Source of the DNA: Deltaproteobacteria bacterium
GTDB taxonomy: Bacteria > Desulfobacterota > Binatia > UBA9968
DNA length: 64,000 nt
NCBI GenBank assembly: GCA_005879605.1
Contig: VBKE01000002.1
Coordinates: forward strand, 5,379-69,378
Reading direction: 5' to 3'
Of the stretch, positions 9,169 through 17,310 are shown piece by piece. Under the pieces are notes generated by a model. That model had not been told where the DNA came from. It did not search any database and was given only the letters and a program-made list of their open reading frames with translations. How positions within the stretch are numbered: the first letter of the stretch is position 1; the number at the start of each line of letters is the position of its first letter. A program made the position numbers and the translations under genes.

Positions 9169-9606
9169 TCACTTTACCGGCCGGAACTTGGGCAGCGTGT
9201 AATCCTCATGATCTTCGTAGACGACCTCCACCGGCATGCCGACCTTGACTTGCTCGGGCGGGCAATCGATGACATTGCTGATCAAGCGCGGTCCCTCTTC
9301 GAGATCGACTAACGAAACATTGTACGGCACTTTGCCTTCGTAGGACGGGTGCCAGGCGCGGTTGTAGCTGACAAAGGAGTAGACTTTGCCTTTGCCGCTG
9401 AGCGGCACCCATTCGTAGTCGGGCGAAAGGCAGTGCGGGCACGAGCCTTGCGGCGGAAAGGTGAATAATTTGCCGCATGCTCTGCAGCGCTGAGCCGTGA
9501 GTTCGTGCTTTCGGAGATTGGCCCAGAAAGGCTTGGCTTCAAGCTCGTCGAGAAAGGGTTTGACTTTGCGGACAGCCCGGCCGCGGTTATCGCTTGAGTC
9601 GCTCAT
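9169..9606 (-). CDS. Zn-ribbon/OB-fold protein (DUF35 family), thiolase partner
   Basis: CRACGKLFTFPPQGSCPHC zinc ribbon followed by an OB-fold. The ATG at 9606 overlaps the thiolase stop (ATGA). The Arg-rich upstream extension of the ORF is discarded. Confidence 0.8.
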   Translation of the reverse strand: MSDSSDNRGRAVRKVKPFLDELEAKPFWANLRKHELTAQRCRACGKLFTFPPQGSCPHCLSPDYEWVPLSGKGKVYSFVSYNRAWHPSYEGKVPYNVSLVDLEEGPRLISNVIDCPPEQVKVGMPVEVVYEDHEDYTLPKFRPVK

Positions 9607-10757
9607 AGGGCCCCCAAAATTAGCGTTGCGTGCATGCACAAGCTGCCGCCGTGGCCGCTGACGATGCCGGTTTTGGCATTTTTCACTTGGCGCTCGGGTT
9701 CGACTTGGTTGCCGCGCAGCTGTCTCACCGCTTCGGTCACATGCAACATGCCTTCGATGTGCGCTTGCGACAACAGGCCGCCGTGAGTGTTGACCGGCAG
9801 CTCGCCGCCGACTTCGATGCGGCCGTTCTTGACGAAATCCTTGCCTTCGCCCTTTTGACAAAAGCCGTAATCTTCGAGCGTGATCATCGTCGTGATCGTG
9901 AAACAGTCGTAGATCTCGGCGAAGTCCATGTCCTTCGGCGTGAGGCCCGCCCTCTGGTACGCCAGCTCCGACGACTTCTCACCGCCGAGCGTTGTCAAGG
10001 TTGGCGCGTCCATCAAACTGAAGTGCGGATGATGCTGGCCCATGCCTAAAATGGCCACGGGCCGCTTGGGAAAATCACGGGCGCGCTCGGCGCTAGTGAC
10101 GAGAACCGCGCCGCCGCCGTCGGACTCCAGCGCGCAATCGAACAGGCGGAGCGGATCGACGATGAACCGCGATGCCTGGTGGTCGGCGATAGTCATCGGC
10201 TTGCGCATGGTGGCGTTTTGGTTCAAGCATGCATGCTTGCGCGTCGCCACCGCGACATGAGCGAGGTCTTCGCTGGTGGTGCCGAACTCGTACATGTGGC
10301 GCTGTGCGGCAAAAGCATGGTTGGCGACAGCGGAAAAGTGTCCCCACGGTTCTTCCCAGTGCTCATCGCCGTGGCGGATCGGATGGCCCGGCGTCGGATC
10401 GGGCGTGCCGCGCTTGCGCGCATGCACGCACATCACCGTGTTGGCCATCCCGGCTTCGATGGCCATCACCGCGTTTTGAACCATGGCGATGGGCGTCGCG
10501 CCGCCGAGGGCAAGATCCGTGGCGTAGTTGGGACGCATACGCGCCATGTTCGCCATCCTAACCGCGTAACTTCGATGCGCGTCGTTGAGCGGCTGGTTGG
10601 TGATGAACCCGTCCACGTCGGCCGCGGTGATACCGGCGTCGTCAAGGCAAGCTTTGATGCATTCTAAGTGGAGTGAATGGGTGCTGGCATCCGGACGCTT
10701 GCCGACTTTGGTTTCCGCGACACCGACGATGGCGTACTTGCCGCTGATGTTCGACAT
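9603..10757 (-). CDS. Thiolase-like protein (SCP-x / lipid-transfer type acetyl-CoA acetyltransferase family)
   Basis: ATG at 10757 after GGAGGA. KYAIVGVAETKVGK N-terminus, a thiolase-fold C-terminal NTHGG motif, and pairing with DUF35. Confidence 0.8.
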   Translation of the reverse strand: MSNISGKYAIVGVAETKVGKRPDASTHSLHLECIKACLDDAGITAADVDGFITNQPLNDAHRSYAVRMANMARMRPNYATDLALGGATPIAMVQNAVMAIEAGMANTVMCVHARKRGTPDPTPGHPIRHGDEHWEEPWGHFSAVANHAFAAQRHMYEFGTTSEDLAHVAVATRKHACLNQNATMRKPMTIADHQASRFIVDPLRLFDCALESDGGGAVLVTSAERARDFPKRPVAILGMGQHHPHFSLMDAPTLTTLGGEKSSELAYQRAGLTPKDMDFAEIYDCFTITTMITLEDYGFCQKGEGKDFVKNGRIEVGGELPVNTHGGLLSQAHIEGMLHVTEAVRQLRGNQVEPERQVKNAKTGIVSGHGGSLCMHATLILGAL

Positions 10758-10776
10758 AAAGTCCTCCGTAGCAGGA

Positions 10777-10858
10777 CTGGAGCAACTGGAGTGGTGGAGT
10801 AATGGAGTGATGCATTCAAAACCCGACACTCCAATACTCCCCATACTCCAACACTCCA
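10777..10858. repeat. Imperfect hairpin built from 8-nt-periodic TGGAGT units (left arm) and ACTCCA units (right arm)
   Basis: CTGGAGCAACTGGAGTGGTGGAGTAATGGAGTG, then a 17-nt loop, then CACTCCAATACTCCCCATACTCCAACACTCCA. It lies 20 nt upstream of the thiolase start. Confidence 0.6.
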
Positions 10859-11010
10859 TTTTCCTCTTGAACTCTCTTTATCCCATGACGCCAATCTTTC
10901 CAATATCCACCTCGCAACGGATCTCATCGTGTCAGGCGTTCCTATCACGTCCTTTTGGTATAGCTGTGGCGAAGATATTCTCGCGCCAAGACGCCAAGCA
11001 ATCATTCACA

Positions 11011-11150
11011 AAATCCGAAATCCGAAGCGCGAAACAAACCCAAAGAATTCAATGCCAATTGTGAAATCCGAAACGAGCTTGTTTGGAACTTTGTGCTCTT
11101 TTGATCATTTAGAATTGTTTCGCCTTTCGGATTTCGAGCTTCGAGTTTTC
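11011..11150. repeat. Long imperfect inverted repeat carrying CGAAATCCGAA motifs
   Basis: The left arm AAATCCGAAATCCGAAGCGCGAAACAA pairs with the reverse complement of GTTTCGCCTTTCGGATTTCGAGCTTCGAG. A third CGAAATCCGAAA-like copy sits at 11064. Confidence 0.55.
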
Positions 11151-11338
11151 TCCGCGTTTCTCCCGATCAACCGCGAGGGGCGATGGTTACCGCGCAGGAT
11201 AAATGCTGCTGAAACTCTACACTCGGCTTTCGAAGCCATTGAGCCTCTTCTTAGGTTGCCGTTTCAGTTTTGGATTGACAGGAATAGCCACAATTCATAG
11301 CATCCGGCTGTTTATAGATATGACAAGGGGAGGTAATC

Positions 11339-12428
11339 ATGTCCCTGTTCCCAGTTATTCGAAGAGCCGGTCTTCCGCTCAGCATCGCGATCTTAATTTT
11401 CGCCGCCACAAGCGCGCTTCCGGCGAGTGCGCCAATGTCGCCCGCACAGGCACAGTTAGCCCTCTACCAGGGAGCCGATCGGCAAAAAATTCTCATGGAG
11501 GGCGCCAAGAAGGAAGGCCAACTCGCTTTATACGATTCACATACCTGGTTTCGCACCTACGTCAAGGAGTTCGAGAAGAAGTATCCGTTCATCACGGTTT
11601 CCGAATGGCGCAGCGACTCGAAGAACCTGCTTAGCCGAGCGATGGCAGAGTTCAATTCGAGCCGTTCCTTGGTTGACGTGATTGAAACCACCGCCGAGGC
11701 TATGGGAGTCATGAAACGGGATGGCATGTTTCAAGAATATTTTACTCCGGAAGCGCGCCATTATCCCGATGATGTCAAATCAAAAGGAAAAACCGGGCTC
11801 TATTATCTCGGAGATCGCGAGACTTATAACAGCCTGGGATTCAATACAACGCTCATCTCACCGAACGAAGTCCCGAAGTCGCTCAAGGACCTGCTCGATC
11901 CAAAATGGAAAGGCAAGATGTCCATCGCCGGCACCTCCACGGGCGTCAGATGGGTCGGCAGCGTACTCGATACATTAGGCCGTGAGTTTCTGAACAAAAT
12001 GGCCGAACAGGAAGTAACGGTGCAAAATATGTCCGGCGCCGCCTTGGCGGGTTTGGTGGCATCGGGTGAGGTTCCGTTGTCGCCGACGATTTTCGACGCC
12101 GACGTGACCGTCGCAAGACAAAGGGGCGCTCCCATCGAATGGCGTCCGCTGGACCCGGTCGTCACCACGGTGGGGCTATTCCGGATTGTCATCCAAAGCC
12201 CCGCATCCGCACGCCGCGCTGCTTTTTCTCGATTATGTTCATGCTAGGGAAGGGCAGCAGCTGATGATGAAAGGCGGGCTCTGGTCTCCGCGCCAGGATA
12301 TCGGATCTCTGGAGCAAAAGTTCAAGAAAGTCTACCTAGACGGCAGGTACTCGCTCGAAGAAATCGAAAAGAAACTCGCAGAGTGGGAAAATCTCATGCA
12401 CCAACTTTTCGTCAGGAAACGGCTGTAG
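11339..12428 (+). pseudogene. Family-1 ABC substrate-binding protein, reading frame broken by +1 G in a G4 run (12172-12175)
   Basis: ORFs 11339-12247 and 12186-12428 together align colinearly with the 5843-6931 paralog (..LDPVVTTVG / YSGLSSKAPHPHAALLFLDY..). Confidence 0.75.
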
Positions 12429-12458
12429 GGGGATGCCTGGTCGCCCCTATTCTAGCCA

Positions 12459-12911
12459 GTGACAAAAGTGATCAGACAAAAACTAATTGGTTGCGCGATT
12501 ATCGCCGCGGCAATACTCTGGCGCGTATTCACGTTAGATAATTATTTCCCAAGGTTAATTGGGGATAGTTTTTACGAGTGGGTATTAACGCTTCCCTTTT
12601 TTTCACTCTCGCTGAGTGCTTTGGTATTTCTCGGTTTGGCGTTTTTGGGGAAAATTAAACCTGCGACAGAGTGGGCACCGTTTCTTGCTAGCGTATTGGT
12701 GTGGTCATTTGCTGGCGTTGGAATCGCTTTTCTAATCATAATCTCACTTACAATATATCATAACAGTCCCCAAGGACCTTTCGCCTTGATTTCCGACAGC
12801 CCTCTGGGCGCCGCAGTGGGTATTATTGTTGGGCTTATTCTGTGGCTATTAAACAGGAAGTCAGCGGCTCCATCAGCTAATACCTCAACATTTACCGATA
12901 GCGAGCGTTAA
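12459..12911 (+). CDS. Hypothetical membrane protein (about 4 TM helices)
   Basis: 150-aa ORF with a hydrophobic periodic profile in an AT-rich segment. The start codon is uncertain (GTG). Confidence 0.45.
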   Translation: MTKVIRQKLIGCAIIAAAILWRVFTLDNYFPRLIGDSFYEWVLTLPFFSLSLSALVFLGLAFLGKIKPATEWAPFLASVLVWSFAGVGIAFLIIISLTIYHNSPQGPFALISDSPLGAAVGIIVGLILWLLNRKSAAPSANTSTFTDSER

Positions 12912-12919
12912 GCAAGCAA

Positions 12920-12940
12920 GTAGGGTGCGCTTCGCGCACC
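12920..12940 (+). repeat. REP-like hairpin with 5' GTAG
   Basis: GTAG followed by stem GGTGCGC, loop TTC, stem GCGCACC. Confidence 0.7.
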
Positions 12941-13006
12941 AACTTTAGTTTCGAACAGGCCCTACAACACCTTGCGTACAGTCTCCATCACATAGTAAAG
13001 GAGGCA

Positions 13007-13549
13007 ATGCCCGACTATCGTCGTGCCTATGTTCCAGGAGGCACCTATTTCTTTACCGTGAAGACCTTCGATCGCCGGCCCCTTTTGATCGACGACCGTT
13101 GCCGCACTGTATTACGCAAAGCGATTGTTCAGGTCCGCGCAACGCTGCCGTTTGAAATCATTGCGTGGGTTCTGCTCCCTGACCATATCCACTCTGTTTG
13201 GCAATTATCCGAGGCCGACGCAGACTTCTCCCTGCGTTGGTCACTCATCAAACAACGCGTAACAAAGCAATGTATAGACCGGACCGGCGCATCGCGGATC
13301 ACCCCATCGCGAAAGAAACGACGCGAGGGAACGTTTTGGCAGCGGCGCTTTTGGGAGCACCTAATTCGGGATGAGACTGATCTCGAGCGTCACGTTGATT
13401 ACGTTCATTATAACCCTGTCAAGCATGGCTACGTCCGCCGAGTCGCCGACTGGCCATACTCAACGTTTCATCGTTATGTCAGCCGTGGCATGTATCCGTT
13501 GGATTGGGCATGTGGCGATGAATATTCAGACGACGACTTCGGCGAATGA
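13007..13549 (+). CDS. REP-associated tyrosine transposase (RAYT, IS200/IS605 Y1 HUH family)
   Basis: GGTYFFT, HUH motif PDHIHSVW, FWQRRFWEH, and the catalytic Tyr region VDYVHYNPVKHG. Confidence 0.85.
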   Translation: MPDYRRAYVPGGTYFFTVKTFDRRPLLIDDRCRTVLRKAIVQVRATLPFEIIAWVLLPDHIHSVWQLSEADADFSLRWSLIKQRVTKQCIDRTGASRITPSRKKRREGTFWQRRFWEHLIRDETDLERHVDYVHYNPVKHGYVRRVADWPYSTFHRYVSRGMYPLDWACGDEYSDDDFGE

Positions 13550-13553
13550 AGAC

Positions 13554-13574
13554 GGTGCGCGGAGCGCACCCTAC
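13554..13574 (-). repeat. REP-like hairpin, inverted copy
   Basis: GGTGCGC-GGA-GCGCACC followed by CTAC, starting 5 nt after the RAYT stop. Confidence 0.7.
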
Positions 13575-13850
13575 GCAGTCTGTTCATTCGAAGAAAGTAA
13601 GCCTACGGGTCGGACCTCCAAACACAAGTGCGTAGGTCAATAGGTCGAATAAAATACGTCGCTTTCCCAAACGCCCAGCACTCGACGTAGAAAGCGAGCA
13701 GCTGCCCCAAGAACAGAGCTGATATAACAACGATCGGACCAATCACCAAAAACAAAAAGGTTCGACGAAATTCCTGGAAAAGCCTTTTCAGAATTAGTTT
13801 GAAAACAGTCACAGCTTTGTCTCCGGCTTGAACTGCTTAAACAGCCCCGA

Positions 13851-14699
13851 CTACTTCTCCGTGTAATACTTTCTCGCCCAGGCGGCGATGTCGCCGCGCC
13901 GTGCAAACCAGACATCCTTGTGGCCCTTGGCATACTTGATGATCTGCTCGAACGTATCGATATTCGGGACGCGCGAGCTTAAGTAACCATGGGTGATGAC
14001 GTTCATCATCGTGGGATTTTTAGGCCCGATCCTGTAGCGGAAATCGAACTCGTCTATGAATTTCGCGAAGAAGTCGTGGCGCGTTCCCTGCTCCTCCATC
14101 CGGTGGTCGTTGATCGTGTACTGGTGCGGGATCATGATAAGTAATTTGTCGCCGATCTTTCGCGGATAAGGCATCTCATCATCATGGTAGTCGCAGTTGT
14201 ATAAAAGCCCTGCCTCCAGATTCAGTTCCAATGTATTGTCGGTGGAGCGCACACCCGGTGAAGACCAGCCGGTCGGCCGTTCACCGGTTAATTTGGTGAT
14301 CGCTTCGACGGTCTTGAAGATGTTCTCTCTCTCCTGCTCGCGCGTGAGCATGTAAAGATACTCGCCTTGGTCCCAGCCATGGGCGACCATCTCATGGCCG
14401 CGGCTGTGCGCATGCTTTACGAGGTCCGGCCAGTATTCACAGGTGAGACCATTGATCGGCATGCTCACTTTAAGATCGTACTTATCGCAAACATCGAGCA
14501 GCCTTCTGACTCCGACTTTGCCGCCGAAATCCCTGAACGTCTCGGTGGAATAGTCGCGCTTGCATAGCGCGTTTGCGGGAAGCGGTGACTGCAACGCTCC
14601 GCCGCGTGACGGTTTGTTTCTGTCCCAAGCTTCGAAGGCAATGCCCAGAACGAATGCGATCCGCGCATCATTGGGCCAAGTGAAAGGCTCCTTCGCCAT
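13851..14699 (-). CDS. Polysaccharide deacetylase / PuuE-like family protein
   Basis: WPNDARIAFVLGIAFEAW, FGGKVGVRRLLDV, GHEMVAHGW. Confidence 0.75.
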   Translation of the reverse strand: MAKEPFTWPNDARIAFVLGIAFEAWDRNKPSRGGALQSPLPANALCKRDYSTETFRDFGGKVGVRRLLDVCDKYDLKVSMPINGLTCEYWPDLVKHAHSRGHEMVAHGWDQGEYLYMLTREQERENIFKTVEAITKLTGERPTGWSSPGVRSTDNTLELNLEAGLLYNCDYHDDEMPYPRKIGDKLLIMIPHQYTINDHRMEEQGTRHDFFAKFIDEFDFRYRIGPKNPTMMNVITHGYLSSRVPNIDTFEQIIKYAKGHKDVWFARRGDIAAWARKYYTEK

Positions 14700-14792
14700 T
14701 ATCGAGAACCTCCAATCTCAAAGATGATTGACATCCGATAACGAAGCGACCTATAGCGTAAGAGTTCGGAATGAGCAAGGAGGAAACACTTA

Positions 14793-16436
14793 ATGACGCT
14801 AAGAACGCCGGCCTATCCCGATTTGATTTTGTTCAACGGAAAAATCCGCAGCTTCAAAGCGGTCGGCTCCACTTTCGAAGCCCTCGCCTGCGCCGGCGGA
14901 CGCATCGTCGCCACCGGCAAGTCCGAGGACATTCGACGGCTCGCGGGGCCGAACACGCAGGCGATCGACCTCAAAGGTCGGACGACGATTCCCGGCCTTA
15001 CTGACACGCACGTCCATCTTTCGGAAAAAGGCACGGCGGAGATGGAGCTGGTCGACTGCCGCGACTTTTATACCGACGTCCACTCTATTTCCGACATTCT
15101 GGAACGGCTCGCCAAGCAAGCGGCGGAACTGCCGAAGGGCTCTTGGATCGTGGCCCACGGCAGCCCGATGCAGGATTTCCGTTTGAAGGACAAGCGCTTT
15201 CCCGACAAGCACGATTTGGATCGCGCAATCCCCGATCATCTGGTGTCCATCTCTTTCGGCGCGCATATCACGGTGGGCAACAGCAAAGCCTTGGCGGCCG
15301 CAAAGATCACCCGCGACACGCCTGACCCCGCCGGCGGGGCAATTCATAAAGATCCGCAGAGCGGCGAGCCCACCGGCGAGCTGCACGAGCGCGCGCAATT
15401 GATCCTAAAAAAAGTTGCGCCGGAATTTAATTACCTCCAGCTCAAAGACGGCATCGTGTTCGCCCTGAACCAGTGTCTCGAGCGCGGTGTCACCACCGTT
15501 CATGACATCGTCCGCTCAGGCGAACCGGTGCGCGCCTATCAAGAAATCTCGCGCGAAGGCCGTATGGACGCGCGCGTGAACCTTCTCCCGCGCGTCATCG
15601 AATCGAACATTGAATCCAAGAGCCTTATCGAGCTGGGGCTCATCACCGGCTTCGGCAATGAGTGGCTGCGATTGGGTGGCGTCAAAATGAGCATCGACGG
15701 CGGCATCACGGGGCGCAACGCCTGTTTTTACGATCCATACGAAGATGACGAGCACAACCACGGGATTATTCGCATTCAGCAGGACGAGCTGAACGATACC
15801 GTGCTCAAATGCCACAACGCCGGCCTGCGCTGCTGCGTGCACGCCATCGGCGACCGGGCGTTCGACATGGCGCTGGATGCCTATGAAAGCGCGATTCAGA
15901 AATCACCGCGCAAAGACCATCGTCACCGTATCGAGCACATGGGGAACTGGCTCAGCACGCCGGAGCGTATGCAGCGGATGGTGCGTTCGGGAATCATTGC
16001 CATTCCCAATATTGCCATCGGGTATTATGTCGGCGATGCCATTCTCGACTGTCTGGGAGAAAGGCGGCTAACGAAAGCTTTTCCTTTTAGAACTCTGCTC
16101 AAAAACGGCGTCATTATCGCCGGCGGCTCCGACTCGCCGGGCTACTGGCCCGTCGATCCGTTAAGGGACATCGCCGCCTGCGTTTCACGGAAAATGCGCT
16201 GGGGCGACGTGTGGGTGCCCGAGGAAAGAATCACCGTCGCCGAAGCTTTCGCCATGCACACAACCACCGCTTCTTATGTGGGCTTCGAAGAAAACGACAA
16301 AGGCACCTTGGAAGTCGGCAAGTTGGCGGACCTCGCAGTCCTGGCGGAAGATCCGTTCGAAATCCAAGCGGAGCGGATCAAAGATCTGAGAGTGGAGATG
16401 ACGATCGTCGGCGGCGAGGTGAAATATCAGGCCTGA
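14793..16436 (+). CDS. Amidohydrolase_3 family metal-dependent hydrolase (COG1574-like)
   Basis: AGGAGG RBS, PGLTDTHVHL, CVHAIGDRA, HRIEHM, GSDSP. Confidence 0.8.
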   Translation: MTLRTPAYPDLILFNGKIRSFKAVGSTFEALACAGGRIVATGKSEDIRRLAGPNTQAIDLKGRTTIPGLTDTHVHLSEKGTAEMELVDCRDFYTDVHSISDILERLAKQAAELPKGSWIVAHGSPMQDFRLKDKRFPDKHDLDRAIPDHLVSISFGAHITVGNSKALAAAKITRDTPDPAGGAIHKDPQSGEPTGELHERAQLILKKVAPEFNYLQLKDGIVFALNQCLERGVTTVHDIVRSGEPVRAYQEISREGRMDARVNLLPRVIESNIESKSLIELGLITGFGNEWLRLGGVKMSIDGGITGRNACFYDPYEDDEHNHGIIRIQQDELNDTVLKCHNAGLRCCVHAIGDRAFDMALDAYESAIQKSPRKDHRHRIEHMGNWLSTPERMQRMVRSGIIAIPNIAIGYYVGDAILDCLGERRLTKAFPFRTLLKNGVIIAGGSDSPGYWPVDPLRDIAACVSRKMRWGDVWVPEERITVAEAFAMHTTTASYVGFEENDKGTLEVGKLADLAVLAEDPFEIQAERIKDLRVEMTIVGGEVKYQA

Positions 16437-16483
16437 GCAGATTGGCAGTGTCCCGTCCCAGAAATTCACAACAAAATTCAGTC

Positions 16484-16560
16484 GTCATTCAAGGCCACCC
16501 CGGATCACAGTCCGGGGTGGCGCGACCCGGAATCCACGAATTTCAAAAACTTCTGGATGC
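16484..16560 (+). repeat. Palindromic intergenic element, family A (GTCATTC ... CCCCGGATCAnAGTCCGGGG ... GGAATCCA)
   Basis: About 85% identical over ~60 nt to the reverse complement of 35859-35919. Confidence 0.65.
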
Positions 16561-16622
16561 CCTAAATTCACAAACGAAGTGCAACACTTTTTCAGCGAAC
16601 TTCTGAGACGCCACACCAAGAA

Positions 16623-17171
16623 TCAGTGAGCGTTACTGACGTTGACAAACGGCCGGTGAGCGGACTTTTCGGATACAGAAGCGATTTTTTTTCTCTGTTT
16701 GTAAACGTGAATACAAAGCTCTTCGATGGTGACGTTCTGCGACTCCGCTCGATCTTTTCGCTCGCTCTCAAAAGGTTCGTACTGAATGGTAACCGACTGT
16801 ATCTTATCCGATTGATTCTGCCACGAGATTCTGACTAATCGGCCGCGCGCACGGTCAACGTAATTGCCGGCTAGCCGAAGAACTTGCGATAGACTCAAGA
16901 GATTGGGCGTTTCAAAAATTGGTTTTCTTTTTTCCCGCCCTTCGACCTCCAACCTCCTGATCTCCTCCAGCTTGTAATGTTTCTCCAGGTCCATGGACAT
17001 CGAGGTTCCCTTCTTCCAGGCCTGAACGATATAAGTCTCGCCGTGAGTTTTGATCTCGAGCGCCTTCAGGTCCATCGATTCCAACTGCTGACCGATACAA
17101 CGGAAGATGTTTGAATAACGCAGCTGCTTTTTCGTAGACACGCAATTCACTGAGAGCAACCTTTGTGCCAA
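16623..17171 (-). CDS. Hypothetical protein
   Basis: 182-aa ORF in a visibly AT-richer stretch with no motif I recognise. The true start may be the internal Met at 17075. Confidence 0.35.
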   Translation of the reverse strand: MAQRLLSVNCVSTKKQLRYSNIFRCIGQQLESMDLKALEIKTHGETYIVQAWKKGTSMSMDLEKHYKLEEIRRLEVEGREKRKPIFETPNLLSLSQVLRLAGNYVDRARGRLVRISWQNQSDKIQSVTIQYEPFESERKDRAESQNVTIEELCIHVYKQRKKIASVSEKSAHRPFVNVSNAH

Positions 17172-17310
17172 AGAAAACCGTGGAAGTTATGGATGTTTCT
17201 TCGAGCACTCGGTAGTGGATGTGCAAATTTGTGCGACCGAAGGACAAAGTCGTCGCGGAGCATCTTGTAAAAATCTAGGCGATTTCGAGGTTTTGGACCG
17301 GGCAGCGAGA

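Larger units (their letters stand above)
12920..13574 (+). mobile_element. REP-RAYT unit: a Y1 transposase gene bracketed by inverted REP hairpins
   Basis: GTAGGGTGCGCTTCGCGCACC (12920-12940) and GGTGCGCGGAGCGCACCCTAC (13554-13574) are reverse complements except for one loop base. Confidence 0.7.

Noticed and set aside
9141-9170. Tandem TTATCCTCAC decamer between the AAA+ gene and the DUF35 gene
   Set aside because: There are only two units in a 28-nt convergent gap, with no further copies noticed. That is too little to call a feature.
13603-13812. 69-aa minus-strand ORF with one hydrophobic segment downstream of the RAYT unit
   Set aside because: It is short, has no recognisable RBS or motif and sits in an AT-rich segment where random ORFs are likely. 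I left it unannotated, though it could be a real small membrane protein.
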